Origin: Azolla caroliniana
Taxonomy: Eukaryota; Plantae; Polypodiophyta
Assembly (NCBI GenBank): GCA_043228905.1
Contig: JBHGNT010000008.1
Coordinates: forward strand, 6,448,001-6,512,000
DNA length: 64,000 nt
Direction of reading: 5' to 3'
Shown here: positions 63,517 to 64,000 of the stretch, one piece after another
How positions within the stretch are numbered: the stretch's first letter is position 1
Layout of the letters: each line of letters begins with the position of its first letter
Made by a program: the position numbers and the translations under genes
The notes under the pieces: model-generated
The model's input: only the letters and a program-made list of their open reading frames with translations
Told to the model about the DNA's origin: nothing
The model's database searches: none

Positions 63517-64000
63517 TGTTGGGAGACAGGTCCCTCCGGATGGGAAGGGAGAAGAATAGTGCTGATGAACAAACTCGGCCGAGGCCGATAGGCCGAGGTA
63601 TGAACCGGATGAAGAGTACCCGGCTACGGAGAGCCGGATGGTGCAGGCCCGGTATGAACCGGATGAAGAGTACCCGGCTACGGAGAGCCGGATGGTGCAG
63701 GCCCGGTATGAACTGGATGAGGAGTACCCGGCTACGGAGAGCCGGATGGTGCAGACCCGGTATGAACCGGAGGAAGAGACATATTCGTAAATATGTTTCT
63801 GAGAGCCCATCGAGGCTATATTTGTAAATAGCTGAAAAGTCATATTAGTATAAATATGATTTAGGGCAAACCTTTTAGTAACTGTTGTAGTTGTTGTCTT
63901 TTTCCTTGTTGGTGCAAGAAAAAGGAGAGTGTGCGTAACTGTACAGAGAGGGAGAGAGAGAGACGAGGTCGTTGCCTCTGTTGTAACCGCCGCCTGTGGC
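63517..64000. mobile_element. Probable LTR of another element inserted into the copia RT; runs off the window
   Basis: Abrupt switch from RT coding sequence to tgttggga...; non-coding with tandem repeats. Confidence 0.7.
63597..63778 (+). repeat. 54-bp tandem repeat, about 3.4 copies
   Basis: ggtatgaaccggatgaagagtacccggctacgg... starting at 63597, 63651, 63705 and 63759. Confidence 0.93.

Noticed and set aside
63597-63778. Regular 54-bp repeats as a CRISPR array
   Set aside because: The units are contiguous with no unique spacers, there are no cas genes, and the context is a eukaryotic LTR.
1-64000. Host protein-coding gene or captured gene fragment
   Set aside because: Every ORF with recognisable motifs maps to retroelement domains, and no exon-like host sequence was recognised; a short captured fragment cannot be excluded without a database search.

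Overview
Gene-free, repeat-saturated plant heterochromatin-like window made almost entirely of nested retroelements. The mix of Tcn1-like chromoviruses, tRNA-Trp-primed non-chromoviral gypsy elements with an FLDD RT motif, and Met-primed copia elements suggests a bryophyte such as Physcomitrium patens (inference). From left to right: a degenerate LINE (1-3.8 kb, minus); two copia families, each with a PPT-LTR-PBS shared-LTR junction (5.9-14.8 kb); degenerate gypsy and copia elements (14.8-26.9 kb); a 17 kb gypsy nest (26.9-44.2 kb) holding a non-autonomous LTR element, a solo LTR, a hAT-type MITE and a young Tcn1-like chromovirus with an intact 1185-aa pol but an inverted half 5' LTR; a second chromovirus interrupted by a very young non-autonomous LTR element and a further gypsy; and a copia element interrupted by another LTR. 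No host gene, rRNA, true tRNA gene or CRISPR array is supported. The most notable signals are cis-acting RNA/DNA elements: (i) a tRNA-like A-box/B-box (Pol III-type) cassette lying antisense in the LTRs of three different gypsy-type LTR families, (ii) a conserved GGATTTT slippery site plus a covarying predicted pseudoknot between protease and RT, (iii) a GTTAAAC slippery site plus hairpin at the Tcn1 gag/pol junction, (iv) a conserved pre-PPT hairpin, and (v) CpG-centred 4-bp target sites. All coordinates were read by eye; no database searches were run.
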